Assembly (NCBI GenBank): GCA_965644295.1
Contig: CBFFRP010000111.1
Location: forward strand, 126,074-190,073
From: Paraphysomonas bandaiensis
Lineage: Eukaryota; Protista; Chrysophyceae
Reading direction: 5' to 3'
Length of the DNA: 64,000 nt
The first letter of the stretch is position 1; every line of letters starts with the position of its first letter. The notes under the pieces are model-generated. The model was not told where the DNA came from. It saw nothing but the letters and a program-made list of their open reading frames with translations, and searched no databases. The translations under genes and the position numbers were made by a program. Shown here piece by piece: positions 52,331-64,000 of the stretch.

Positions 52331-54579
52331 TTTTCTGTAAAATGTGGAAGGTACCGTACTCAAGCCCGCACCATAATGGTGTGGAACTATATAAGTGGTG
52401 ATGATGAGTGACCAGTGGTATGTATGGTGTTGCTGGTGAGTAATAGATCCAGGGAGGTGGGTGTTGAAGGAGGAGCTCTCTCATCACAGCATGGTATCAT
52501 ACATACAGAACATAATAACAGCGAGAACATATCATAGTAGCATGGAATCAACTACCACGGAATCAACTACCACGGAATCAACTACCACGGAATCAACTAC
52601 CACAGGGGGCATTAGAAAAGTCGGTGATGGGGAAACCAAAAATCGTAACTCCTCTGCGTTAGCTCAGTTTGCGAAGTACTTGGAGATGCGGTTCGACGGG
52701 AAGAAGAGGTATAAGGAACTCATAGACAGTGATATAAATGTAGAACTATTTCAATGTTTCGGTGGCTTTTTGATCGATCACGCCGTCCATGGAACAACGA
52801 AGAAGCCTTTGACCCTAGGTACTGCTTGGCAGTATTTGTCAGACACGAAGACTGCGCTGACGAAGCGATTTAAAAGAAATGAGTTATTAAGCAGCTCCAA
52901 TGAGCTGTGGTACAAAGATGTGAGAGCGGCAGTATCAAAGCATATTATCAAGCGGTGTATCGCACAAGGAGTGCGTATATCAGAGAAAACAAGTCCAGTG
53001 GGGAAAGAACTAATGAAGCGCATAGGTGAATACATTATACATCGGGCATCTGATTTCTCCGGTAAGTGGACATACTTCACATATCTATGATTTACTGTAT
53101 ACCCTATGGTAGACAACGTCAACAAACAGAAAAAACTAAATCGAGTATTGACTAAAGGACTCGGCCTATTGTACGATGACGAGAAACGTTTTCTTGATGA
53201 GCCGAAACCCTGTATGGCAAGTCAGTCTACTTCGTACAGAGAATGGAAGAGTAATTTAAAATGCATAGCTGAAAAGGTTGAATTGCGTGTTATAATCAAC
53301 CATTACAGCGTTCAGCATTTTATTATTCGACACAGTCTGATGTTAGTAATCTGTAGAATGCCTATATGTATTCATTTATAACCACTCCATCAACTTTTTA
53401 TAATGTACCCTTATAATTAATGATTCATTAGTAATTGGAATACATCGTATCATTATTTACAGAGCATACAACAGTATAATCAACCATTACAGCGTGCAGC
53501 ATTTTATTATTCGACACAGTCTGATGTTAGTAATCTGTAGAATGCCTATATGTATTCATTTATAACCACTCCATCAACTTTTTATACTGTACCCTTATAA
53601 TTAATGATTCATTAGTAATTGGAATACATCGTATCATTATTTACAGAGCATACAACAGTATAATCAACCATCACAGCGTTCAGCATTTTATTATTCCACA
53701 CCGTTCAGAATTCTTATCACATACAGCCATACTGCATACCCTTACACAACATGACACATATTCACTGCAAGATGGAACAGGGGCAGCCGGGCGCTTGTGT
53801 CGCTTAGGCATCCCTCTTGCACCGGTAAGTATAAACGTCATTGCGCCTACAACAGCATAATAAACCATCACAGCCTTCAGCATTTTATTATTCCACACCG
53901 TTCAGAATTCTTATCACATACAGCCATACTGCATACCCTTACACAACATGACACATATTCACTGCAAGATGGTACAGGGGCAGCCGGGCGCTTGTGTCGC
54001 TTAGGCATCCCTCTTGCACCGGTAAGTATAAACGTCATTGCGCCTACAACAGCATAATAAACCATGACAACATTCAGCATCTCATATACCATCACACAAC
54101 ATAGTGCATGCATGATATACAGCCTTCTATTCCTTCAAATGTACCACTTCTCATCTCTCTACATACCTGACACTTTAAATAGGATGATGGGAGCATGATG
54201 CTCCCACCTGGAATTCAATCATTGATATCCATATCAAATCACTTCATACCATAATATACAGCCCTTCACAGTTCCTCTCCATACAGCCTTATAAACCTCG
54301 TCCAGTAACTGCATATCTCATCTCACAGTTTCATGAAATAAGATGGTAGCAACATGTTATCACCTATCATTCAAGCACTCATTAACGTGTATCTGCTGCA
54401 TATGGCTGCCTCGTCATATTACTATATACATATACTCGATGCATGTGATATGATGCACTATGCTATGATGCACTCTGCTGATTGGATCACTCGATGGGCG
54501 CACTTGCTGTGCGGCCTTTGTGTAAAAACAAGGGTGCGGGATCCCGCACCTGCGGTGCGGGCTAAATAATTTTTCTGGA
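52331..54579 (+). mobile_element. Crypton-like element, copy 2 (larger internal deletions, catalytic region absent)
   Basis: Near-identical inverted copy of 23104-26533. It has 4 rather than 8 ESTTT units and keeps KELMKRIGEYII..., which copy 1 lacks. Deletion joins near 53099 and 53292. Confidence 0.8.
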
Positions 54580-55057
54580 AAAATGTCTTCTGAGCATGAA
54601 AAGCTGTAGTTATAGGAGGACAAAAGACAGAAATCCGTCGAAAGACAAAATGTCTTTCTGTCTTCGGCCGACAGAAAGACATAAATATGAGCAAATTTAT
54701 GTCTTTTTGTCTTCAAGGACAGAAATCGAGAGTGGAAGACATTTTTACACAATGGAGCTTCATTAATAGTTATACACACTGATGAACAGCACCAGGCGCA
54801 ATGATTTATAGTCTCAAGCATTGGCAGAAGCTTGCCATTGCTTTGGCAGGCATGGAGACCCATGGTGTCAAGACCACGACGATAACAGAGCTTGGAGAAA
54901 TATGTCTGTGAAACTTCTTACGACACGCCGCACTCCTGACAACAATGAAAGCACTGACATCTACATCAGTGAAACCGTATCCCTGACCGAGTATATTCCG
55001 GCAGGAACCATAACTATTATCAGATTGTGGAAGGTGAAGATGTGTGTTGATTTAAAC

Positions 55058-55088
<31 letters not shown>

Positions 55089-56748
55089 CATACATACATA
55101 CATACATACATACATACATCCAAAGGACTCTTTGGAATCAACTCTGAAACTATTTGGAAGAAATAAACAACACTGGAAATAAAGAAGGAAATCAGTCATT
55201 AATGAGTTCACTCCAGATTTTGTTATCCTTTTGAATAAGGTATATATATCTTATAATGTTATTCAATAGTAATATTTGTTGATGCAGGACGAAACAATAC
55301 CGCCAGGCGTGCAGATGAGAGAGTTGCTCGTCAAGACGGTGGAGCTCTCCTGGAATCGTAAAGAAGCTGAAAGGATAAGAAGAGAGCTGGCACAACTCTC
55401 GAAACAATGACACTAACAGCAACGCCAACCAATGGTAATTATCTTGGTCCGATTGATTTTCTATTATCCATGCAAGTTCTATTTGTTATATACATATGTT
55501 GTTACTATATTATACACGTTAGTTATAATGACGTTTGCCAGTGTCAGTTTTAAATTCACAACTTTGTTTATTACATTGACTAATAATTATCACATGATCT
55601 AATTGTAAGATGCATTTAATCTTGCATGTAATCACAGATATATTGAATGGGATCTAACTACACAAACAACTGAAATGTAATGTGTGTTGTACATATAACA
55701 TATTGGCAACATATTGTAATAAACTAAATATACACATTCAACTTCAATATTGGGTTAACATAAACTCACTTCTATCTTAGTTATCAATTATGATATTGGC
55801 AGTCATATGTATAGATATCGTTATATTACACAATTATAGAGAAACCACAATGATGAGTCAACTATCAAAAGGAGTTCATCAAACACTTCAAGTCATCATC
55901 CATCTTTCGTCTGATGTGGAAGATAATAATGATGTCAGTGCATGCGATCTATCTTCATAACCTGGACTTCGAAACAAGTTCAAGAATATTGCAGGAGAGT
56001 TTAAGTGCCATATCTGATGCTATATAGGAAGTTAAGGGCAGTAACACCCAGCTCTTTCAACCCAGCTCTTTCAAGGTGTCCGTCACTACGTCGTGCGTAT
56101 CAGGATTGTGCGCCTCATCTTACTATCATTCAAATCAGGTGCACTCGCAGAGATTGAGCGTGTTTATATAAATGTGATGATGATGCTAATCAAGGCAATA
56201 AAAAGCATCGTGCTTGAAACATTTGATACGTAATTCGAAAACGCGTTCTGAATTGCTTGCCTGATGCAGTGTGACATGGTATATAATACAATACCAAAAG
56301 TCATACCTTCACAAGTTGTGGGATCTCTTATCCTTGTATTCCTCAGCAGGAGTCCCCATGGTGTGTTATCGTAGCCAATCCGTTCGTAGACATTTCTTCT
56401 TGCAAAGATACGATCCTAACTGGACGCTGGAGATTGCTTCATGAGCTGTTTGATCAAGGATGTCCTGCACAGACAACTTCCGGGACAATGCACACACGCG
56501 AAATATCATGCTATCAACTTTACACAGTCACTGTCAATGCTTAATGCTTTGCTTCGCAATATATTCAGTGAGATCAAGCGAACAGAGAATGAAAAGAAAT
56601 TTGAATTTAAACACAAAAACACTGTTTTGTCTTTTGTCTTTCTGTGTGCACTATAATTACGGCTTCGTTTGCACCCGACAAAAACAATTCTGATGAAAAA
56701 AAATGTCTTTTGTCGTTTTGTCTTTTGTCTCCACTATAATTAGTGGCC
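54580..56748 (-). mobile_element. Diverged second PIF/Harbinger copy, one TIR missing, with unrelated filler
   Basis: TIR tgtctccactataattagtggcc followed by TTA at 56749. 56215-56748 is homologous to 9398-9950 and 54580-55478 to 11260-11780. 55480-56210 is unrelated. Confidence 0.85.
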
Positions 56749-56751
56749 TTA

Positions 56752-59700
56752 TTACATATATACAATGCGGGAGTACGTGAAATTCTGTCACACTCATGTA
56801 TACTTTTCAGTTTGTGTCGGTTGTAGATGTGTGTTTTTGGAATACCGTGTTGTATTATGTGAAGTGTGTATGTATCATATATAACGCATCTCTTCATATG
56901 TTACTTTAAACTATCAACAGTGCCATGAAAGGAGGTGATATCCACACCAAAAACAGAAGAATATCTTCTTCACCGTCGTGTTTCTTTCAACCTCTGCTCT
57001 GAAGCGATCCAGGTTCTTGTATGTATGTGAGGGTGACTGTTAATAGAGCTACATACCCTCTCACATACATACACATATACACCCCTTGAGACAGGCACAC
57101 ACGTACATACCCGCCGTAAAATAACAAATATTAGTTATATTATGGTGATAGCGTGCCACTTCACCTATTCTTATTTCACGTATATGAAGGAAGGAGGATT
57201 TGGTTATTGTTTGCTTAACTGAGTGAACTACGTGCCCTCTTCTGATTGCCATTCACACGCGCTGGTACACCACAGTGGCCAAGGTCTTCTGAATTAGTCA
57301 CAGTACCTCTCTGTATTGCTTTATTTCCCTAATTTTCTGGAAACTACGAATATCTTGAAACTTGAAAATAGACCCTAATATATATCTAACAGTGGTTTTC
57401 GTAGCTGGCTTATATACAATCAACTTTCTTAGTCAAAAATTTACATATATATACAATGCGGGAGTACGTGAAATTCTGTCACACTCATGTATACTTTTCA
57501 GTTTGTGTCGGTTGTAGATGTGTGTTTTTGGAATACCGTGTTGTATTATGTGAAGTGTGTATGTATCATATATAACGCATCTCTTCATATGTTACTTTAA
57601 ACTATCAACAGTGCCATGAAAGGAGGTGATATCCACACCAAAAACAGAAGAATATCTTCTTCACCGTCGTGTTTCTTTCAACCTCTGCTCTGAAGCGATC
57701 CAGGTTCTTGTATGTATGTGAGGGTGACTGTTAATAGAGCTACATACCCTCTCACATACATACACATATACACCCCTTGAGACAGGCACACACGTACATA
57801 CCCGCCGTAAAATAACAAATATTAGTTATATTATGGTGATAGCGTGCCACTTCACCTATTCTTATTTCACGTATATGAAGGAAGGAGGATTTGGTTATTG
57901 TTTGCTTAACTGAGTGAACTACGTGCCCTCTTCTGATTGCCATTCACACGCGCTGGTACACCACAGTGGCCAAGGTCTTCTGAATTAGTCACAGTACCTC
58001 TCTGTATTGCTTTATTTCCCTAATTTTCTGGAAACTACGAATATCTTGAAACTTGAAAATAGACCCTAATATATATCTAACAGTGGTTTTCGTAGCTGGC
58101 TTATATACAATCAACTTTCTTAGTCAAAAATTTACATATATTTCAAGTGCAAATAATATATATACTGTAGTAGACATACATACTGCGTATATTATTACTA
58201 CTTAGTATAATATTGAATAGTACTCACTTACCTCTACTACTAGAACATAGCCTACTATAGAAACTGCCATAACTGAAATCTGAAATTACCAACATCCTTA
58301 CATTCCATTCCTAACTCCCGATACAATTCTTTCAAAGCACTTTCATATACTCTACCAAACTATTAGGATTCAGCTTACAAATACATGATGGCCTCACAAT
58401 ATGGCACCTCTGCAGTTTTTATTACTAGTGACAGCTACTCCGGTTTTTACTCTCAGTGTGTATAGTTCATATTCTCTCTATTATCTACGGTTCACTGATT
58501 ATTTCATTGAGGGGGCGTATTAGGATTCAGCTTAATACAAGATTGGAATCGCATTTCAGTACACTCCCATGCTCGTTTAAGAAGGAATTCTATTGTCTTT
58601 CTTGCACGTAGATGAGAATCATCCCTATCAGCTTTTGTCAAAGCTTGAAGTCCACATAAAAGCCGATATGGTTGGATCCCTTCTTGTCCATTACCAAAAT
58701 GTCAGAGGTCCCACAAAGTCTTCACACTAATGCACTATAGCCTTTAACATGTAATGCACTGTAGAGGTCCTCCTGTCATTGGGTATATCATTTGGTCCAT
58801 CTAATTTCTTCCGGTCGTTAGCTGTATTGCACTGAACCCCAAAGAACTCCATCACTCGGTCTTTGTTGGCAGAAATTATCAGCTTATCTTCATCATCCAA
58901 CCTTTCAGGATAATGAGAACAAAAGCACTACGTCATATGCCTCACTTTGCCAGTATACATTGCCTTTGTTTTGGCATGAATTAAGAGAATGAGAGACGTT
59001 CTTGAAGTCGATGAGGAGGAAGCTCGAGATGTAGCAGGAGAAGTATCATCTGAGAGGACCCATGGTATTAAATACAGACAAGATATTCAATGTAGGTTCG
59101 ATATTAAAGTGAATATGGTTTCTACGCAGATCACATATATCATACAGATACAACCTTGTATCTTTTGCATACGATTTCTACGTAGAAATCTCCGGAATTC
59201 TACTGTATTCTACATAGAAATCTCCGGAATTCTACTGTATTCTACATAGAAATCTCCGGTATTCAGTGTGCCATGATAATTTCACGTAAGGTAAAAATCT
59301 GATATTTCAGTTTTATTTTGTTGATATTCCAGGCGTAGGTGAAACATAGTCACACGCTACCCAAAAAATACTGCCACAGTATTTCACCTACGGTGCATAT
59401 ATATACAATGCGGGAGTACGTGAAATTCTGTCACACTCATGTATACTTTTCAGTTTGTGTCGGTTGTAGATGTGTGTTTTTGGAATACCGTGTTGTATTA
59501 TGTGAAGTGTGTATGTATCATATATAACGCATCTCTTCATATGTTACTTTAAACTATCAACAGTGCCATGAAAGGAGGTGATATCCACACCAAAAACAGA
59601 AGAATATCTTCTTCACCGTCGTGTTTCTTTCAACCTCTGCTCTGAAGCGATCCAGGTTCTTGTATGTATGTGAGGGTGACTGTTAATAGAGCTACATACC

Positions 59701-62700
59701 CTCTCACATACATACACATATACACCCCTTGAGACAGGCACACACGTACATACCCGCCGTAAAATAACAAATATTAGTTATATTATGGTGATAGCGTGCC
59801 ACTTCACCTATTCTTATTTCACGTATATGAAGGAAGGAGGATTTGGTTATTGTTTGCTTAACTGAGTGAACTACGTGCCCTCTTCTGATTGCCATTCACA
59901 CGCGCTGGTACACCACAGTGGCCAAGGTCTTCTGAATTAGTCACAGTACCTCTCTGTATTGCTTTATTTCCCTAATTTTCTGGAAACTACGAATATCTTG
60001 AAACTTGAAAATAGACCCTAATATATATCTAACAGTGGTTTTCGTAGCTGGCTTATATACAATCAACTTTCTTAGTCAAAAATTTACATATATTTCAAGT
60101 GCAAATAATATATATACTGTAGTAGACATACATACTGCGTATATTATTACTACTTAGTATAATATTGAATAGTACTCACTTACCTCTACTACTAGAACAT
60201 AGCCTACTATAGAAACTGCCATAACTGAAATCTGAAATTACCAACATCCTTACATTCCATTCCTAACTCCCGATACAATTCTTTCAAAGCACTTTCATAT
60301 ACTCTACCAAACTATTAGGATTCAGCTTACAAATACATGATGGCCTCACAATATGGCACCTCTGCAGTTTTTATTACTAGTGACAGCTACTCCGGTTTTT
60401 ACTCTCAGTGTGTATAGTTCATATTCTCTCTATTATCTACGGTTCACTGATTATTTCATTGAGGGGGCGTATTAGGATTCAGCTTAATACAAGATTGGAA
60501 TCGCATTTCAGTACACTCCCATGCTCGTTTAAGAAGGAATTCTATTGTCTTTCTTGCACGTAGATGAGAATCATCCCTATCAGCTTTTGTCAAAGCTTGA
60601 AGTCCACATAAAAGCCGATATGGTTGGATCCCTTCTTGTCCATTACCAAAATGTCAGAGGTCCCACAAAGTCTTCACACTAATGCACTATAGCCTTTAAC
60701 ATGTAATGCACTGTAGAGGTCCTCCTGTCATTGGGTATATCATTTGGTCCATCTAATTTCTTCCGGTCGTTAGCTGTATTGCACTGAACCCCAAAGAACT
60801 CCATCACTCGGTCTTTGTTGGCAGAAATTATCAGCTTATCTTCATCATCCAACCTTTCAGGATAATGAGAACAAAAGCACTACGTCATATGCCTCACTTT
60901 GCCAGTATACATTGCCTTTGTTTTGGCATGAATTAAGAGAATGAGAGACGTTCTTGAAGTCGATGAGGAGGAAGCTCGAGATGTAGCAGGAGAAGTATCA
61001 TCTGAGAGGACCCATGGTATTAAATACAGACAAGATATTCAATGTAGGTTCGATATTAAAGTGAATATGGTTTCTACGCAGATCACATATATCATACAGA
61101 TACAACCTTGTATCTTTTGCATACGATTTCTACGTAGAAATCTCCGGAATTCTACTGTATTCTACATAGAAATCTCCGGAATTCTACTGTATTCTACATA
61201 GAAATCTCCGGTATTCAGTGTGCCATGATAATTTCACGTAAGGTAAAAATCTGATATTTCAGTTTTATTTTGTTGATATTCCAGGCGTAGGTGAAACATA
61301 GTCACACGCTACCCAAAAAATACTGCCACAGTATTTCACCTACGGTGCATATATATACAATGCGGGAGTACGTGAAATTCTGTCACACTCATGTATACTT
61401 TTCAGTTTGTGTCGGTTGTAGATGTGTGTTTTTGGAATACCGTGTTGTATTATGTGAAGTGTGTATGTATCATATATAACGCATCTCTTCATATGTTACT
61501 TTAAACTATCAACAGTGCCATGAAAGGAGGTGATATCCACACCAAAAACAGAAGAATATCTTCTTCACCGTCGTGTTTCTTTCAACCTCTGCTCTGAAGC
61601 GATCCAGGTTCTTGTATGTATGTGAGGGTGACTGTTAATAGAGCTACATACCCTCTCACATACATACACATATACACCCCTTGAGACAGGCACACACGTA
61701 CATACCCGCCGTAAAATAACAAATATTAGTTATATTATGGTGATAGCGTGCCACTTCACCTATTCTTATTTCACGTATATGAAGGAAGGAGGATTTGGTT
61801 ATTGTTTGCTTAACTGAGTGAACTACGTGCCCTCTTCTGATTGCCATTCACACGCGCTGGTACACCACAGTGGCCAAGGTCTTCTGAATTAGTCACAGTA
61901 CCTCTCTGTATTGCTTTATTTCCCTAATTTTCTGGAAACTACGAATATCTTGAAACTTGAAAATAGACCCTAATATATATCTAACAGTGGTTTTCGTAGC
62001 TGGCTTATATACAATCAACTTTCTTAGTCAAAAATTTACATATATTTCAAGTGCAAATAATATATATACTGTAGTAGACATACATACTGCGTATATTATT
62101 ACTACTTAGTATAATATTGAATAGTACTCACTTACCTCTACTACTAGAACATAGCCTACTATAGAAACTGCCATAACTGAAATCTGAAATTACCAACATC
62201 CTTACATTCCATTCCTAACTCCCGATACAATTCTTTCAAAGCACTTTCATATACTCTACCAAACTATTAGGATTCAGCTTACAAATACATGATGGCCTCA
62301 CAATATGGCACCTCTGCAGTTTTTATTACTAGTGACAGCTACTCCGGTTTTTACTCTCAGTGTGTATAGTTCATATTCTCTCTATTATCTACGGTTCACT
62401 GATTATTTCATTGAGGGGGCGTATTAGGATTCAGCTTAATACAAGATTGGAATCGCATTTCAGTACACTCCCATGCTCGTTTAAGAAGGAATTCTATTGT
62501 CTTTCTTGCACGTAGATGAGAATCATCCCTATCAGCTTTTGTCAAAGCTTGAAGTCCACATAAAAGCCGATATGGTTGGATCCCTTCTTGTCCATTACCA
62601 AAATGTCAGAGGTCCCACAAAGTCTTCACACTAATGCACTATAGCCTTTAACATGTAATGCACTGTAGAGGTCCTCCTGTCATTGGGTATATCATTTGGT

Positions 62701-64000
62701 CCATCTAATTTCTTCCGGTCGTTAGCTGTATTGCACTGAACCCCAAAGAACTCCATCACTCGGTCTTTGTTGGCAGAAATTATCAGCTTATCTTCATCAT
62801 CCAACCTTTCAGGATAATGAGAACAAAAGCACTACGTCATATGCCTCACTTTGCCAGTATACATTGCCTTTGTTTTGGCATGAATTAAGAGAATGAGAGA
62901 CGTTCTTGAAGTCGATGAGGAGGAAGCTCGAGATGTAGCAGGAGAAGTATCATCTGAGAGGACCCATGGTATTAAATACAGACAAGATATTCAATGTAGG
63001 TTCGATATTAAAGTGAATATGGTTTCTACGCAGATCACATATATCATACAGATACAACCTTGTATCTTTTGCATACGATTTCTACGTAGAAATCTCCGGA
63101 ATTCTACTGTATTCTACATAGAAATCTCCGGAATTCTACTGTATTCTACATAGAAATCTCCGGTATTCAGTGTGCCATGATAATTTCACGTAAGGTAAAA
63201 ATCTGATATTTCAGTTTTATTTTGTTGATATTCCAGGCGTAGGTGAAACATAGTCACACGCTACCCAAAAAATACTGCCACAGTATTTCACCTACGGTGC
63301 ATATATATACAATGCGGGAGTACGTGAAATTCTGTCACACTCATGTATACTTTTCAGTTTGTGTCGGTTGTAGATGTGTGTTTTTGGAATACCGTGTTGT
63401 ATTATGTGAAGTGTGTATGTATCATATATAACGCATCTCTTCATATGTTACTTTAAACTATCAACAGTGCCATGAAAGGAGGTGATATCCACACCAAAAA
63501 CAGAAGAATATCTTCTTCACCGTCGTGTTTCTTTCAACCTCTGCTCTGAAGCGATCCAGGTTCTTGTATGTATGTGAGGGTGACTGTTAATAGAGCTACA
63601 TACCCTCTCACATACATACACATATACACCCCTTGAGACAGGCACACACGTACATACCCGCCGTAAAATAACAAATATTAGTTATATTATGGTGATAGCG
63701 TGCCACTTCACCTATTCTTATTTCACGTATATGAAGGAAGGAGGATTTGGTTATTGTTTGCTTAACTGAGTGAACTACGTGCCCTCTTCTGATTGCCATT
63801 CACACGCGCTGGTACACCACAGTGGCCAAGGTCTTCTGAATTAGTCACAGTACCTCTCTGTATTGCTTTATTTCCCTAATTTTCTGGAAACTACGAATAT
63901 CTTGAAACTTGAAAATAGACCCTAATATATATCTAACAGTGGTTTTCGTAGCTGGCTTATATACAATCAACTTTCTTAGTCAAAAATTTACATATATTTC
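56752..64000. repeat. Tandem array, period 1952 bp (A-A-B-A-B-A-B-A; A=691 bp, B=1261 bp), running off the window
   Basis: Identical ORFs at 57061/57752/59704/61656/63608 and at 58989/60941/62893. The units appear essentially identical. Confidence 0.97.

Noticed and set aside
54530-54579. Helitron 3' end (hairpin plus CTRR)
   Set aside because: CTGG is followed by A, there is no 5' TC at an A|T site and no Rep/helicase. The encoded protein and terminal direct repeats fit a YR element better.
57061-63799. Repeated 62-86 aa ORFs in the array as real genes
   Set aside because: Short, motif-free and overlapping repeats or hairpins; they recur only because the DNA is duplicated.
56752-64000. 5S rRNA, snRNA, tRNA or spliced-leader gene array
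   Set aside because: No recognisable conserved motifs of these RNAs were found by eye. An Rfam covariance search would be needed to exclude them fully.

Overview
Intron-rich, AT-rich eukaryotic nuclear DNA. A stramenopile such as a chrysophyte-like protist is likely, but this is inferred only from gene style and element families. Host genes are COX11 and NOP56 (head-to-head), a CTD small phosphatase, a TM RING-H2 ligase, a PH-domain protein, an FN3 protein, an SLC12 cotransporter, a Cys-less pentameric ligand-gated channel, a small secreted/membrane protein, a Ras-like protein carrying an inserted PDZ domain, and an LRR multi-TM receptor-like gene. A large share of the window is mobile DNA. 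(1) An intact chromodomain Gypsy element (317-bp LTRs, CGAG TSD, no tRNA-type PBS) interrupts the LRR gene. (2) There are two deleted PIF/Harbinger copies and a Tourist-like MITE. (3) An AT-rich virophage/Polinton-like-virus fragment encodes a truncated D5/SF3 helicase-like protein. (4) Two inverted, differently deleted copies of a Crypton-like tyrosine-recombinase element have att-like ends that reconstruct the same TTTTCTGGA target. (5) A head-to-tail 1952-bp array of a TIR-bounded unit runs off the right end. All family assignments come from motif recognition by eye; no database searches were run.
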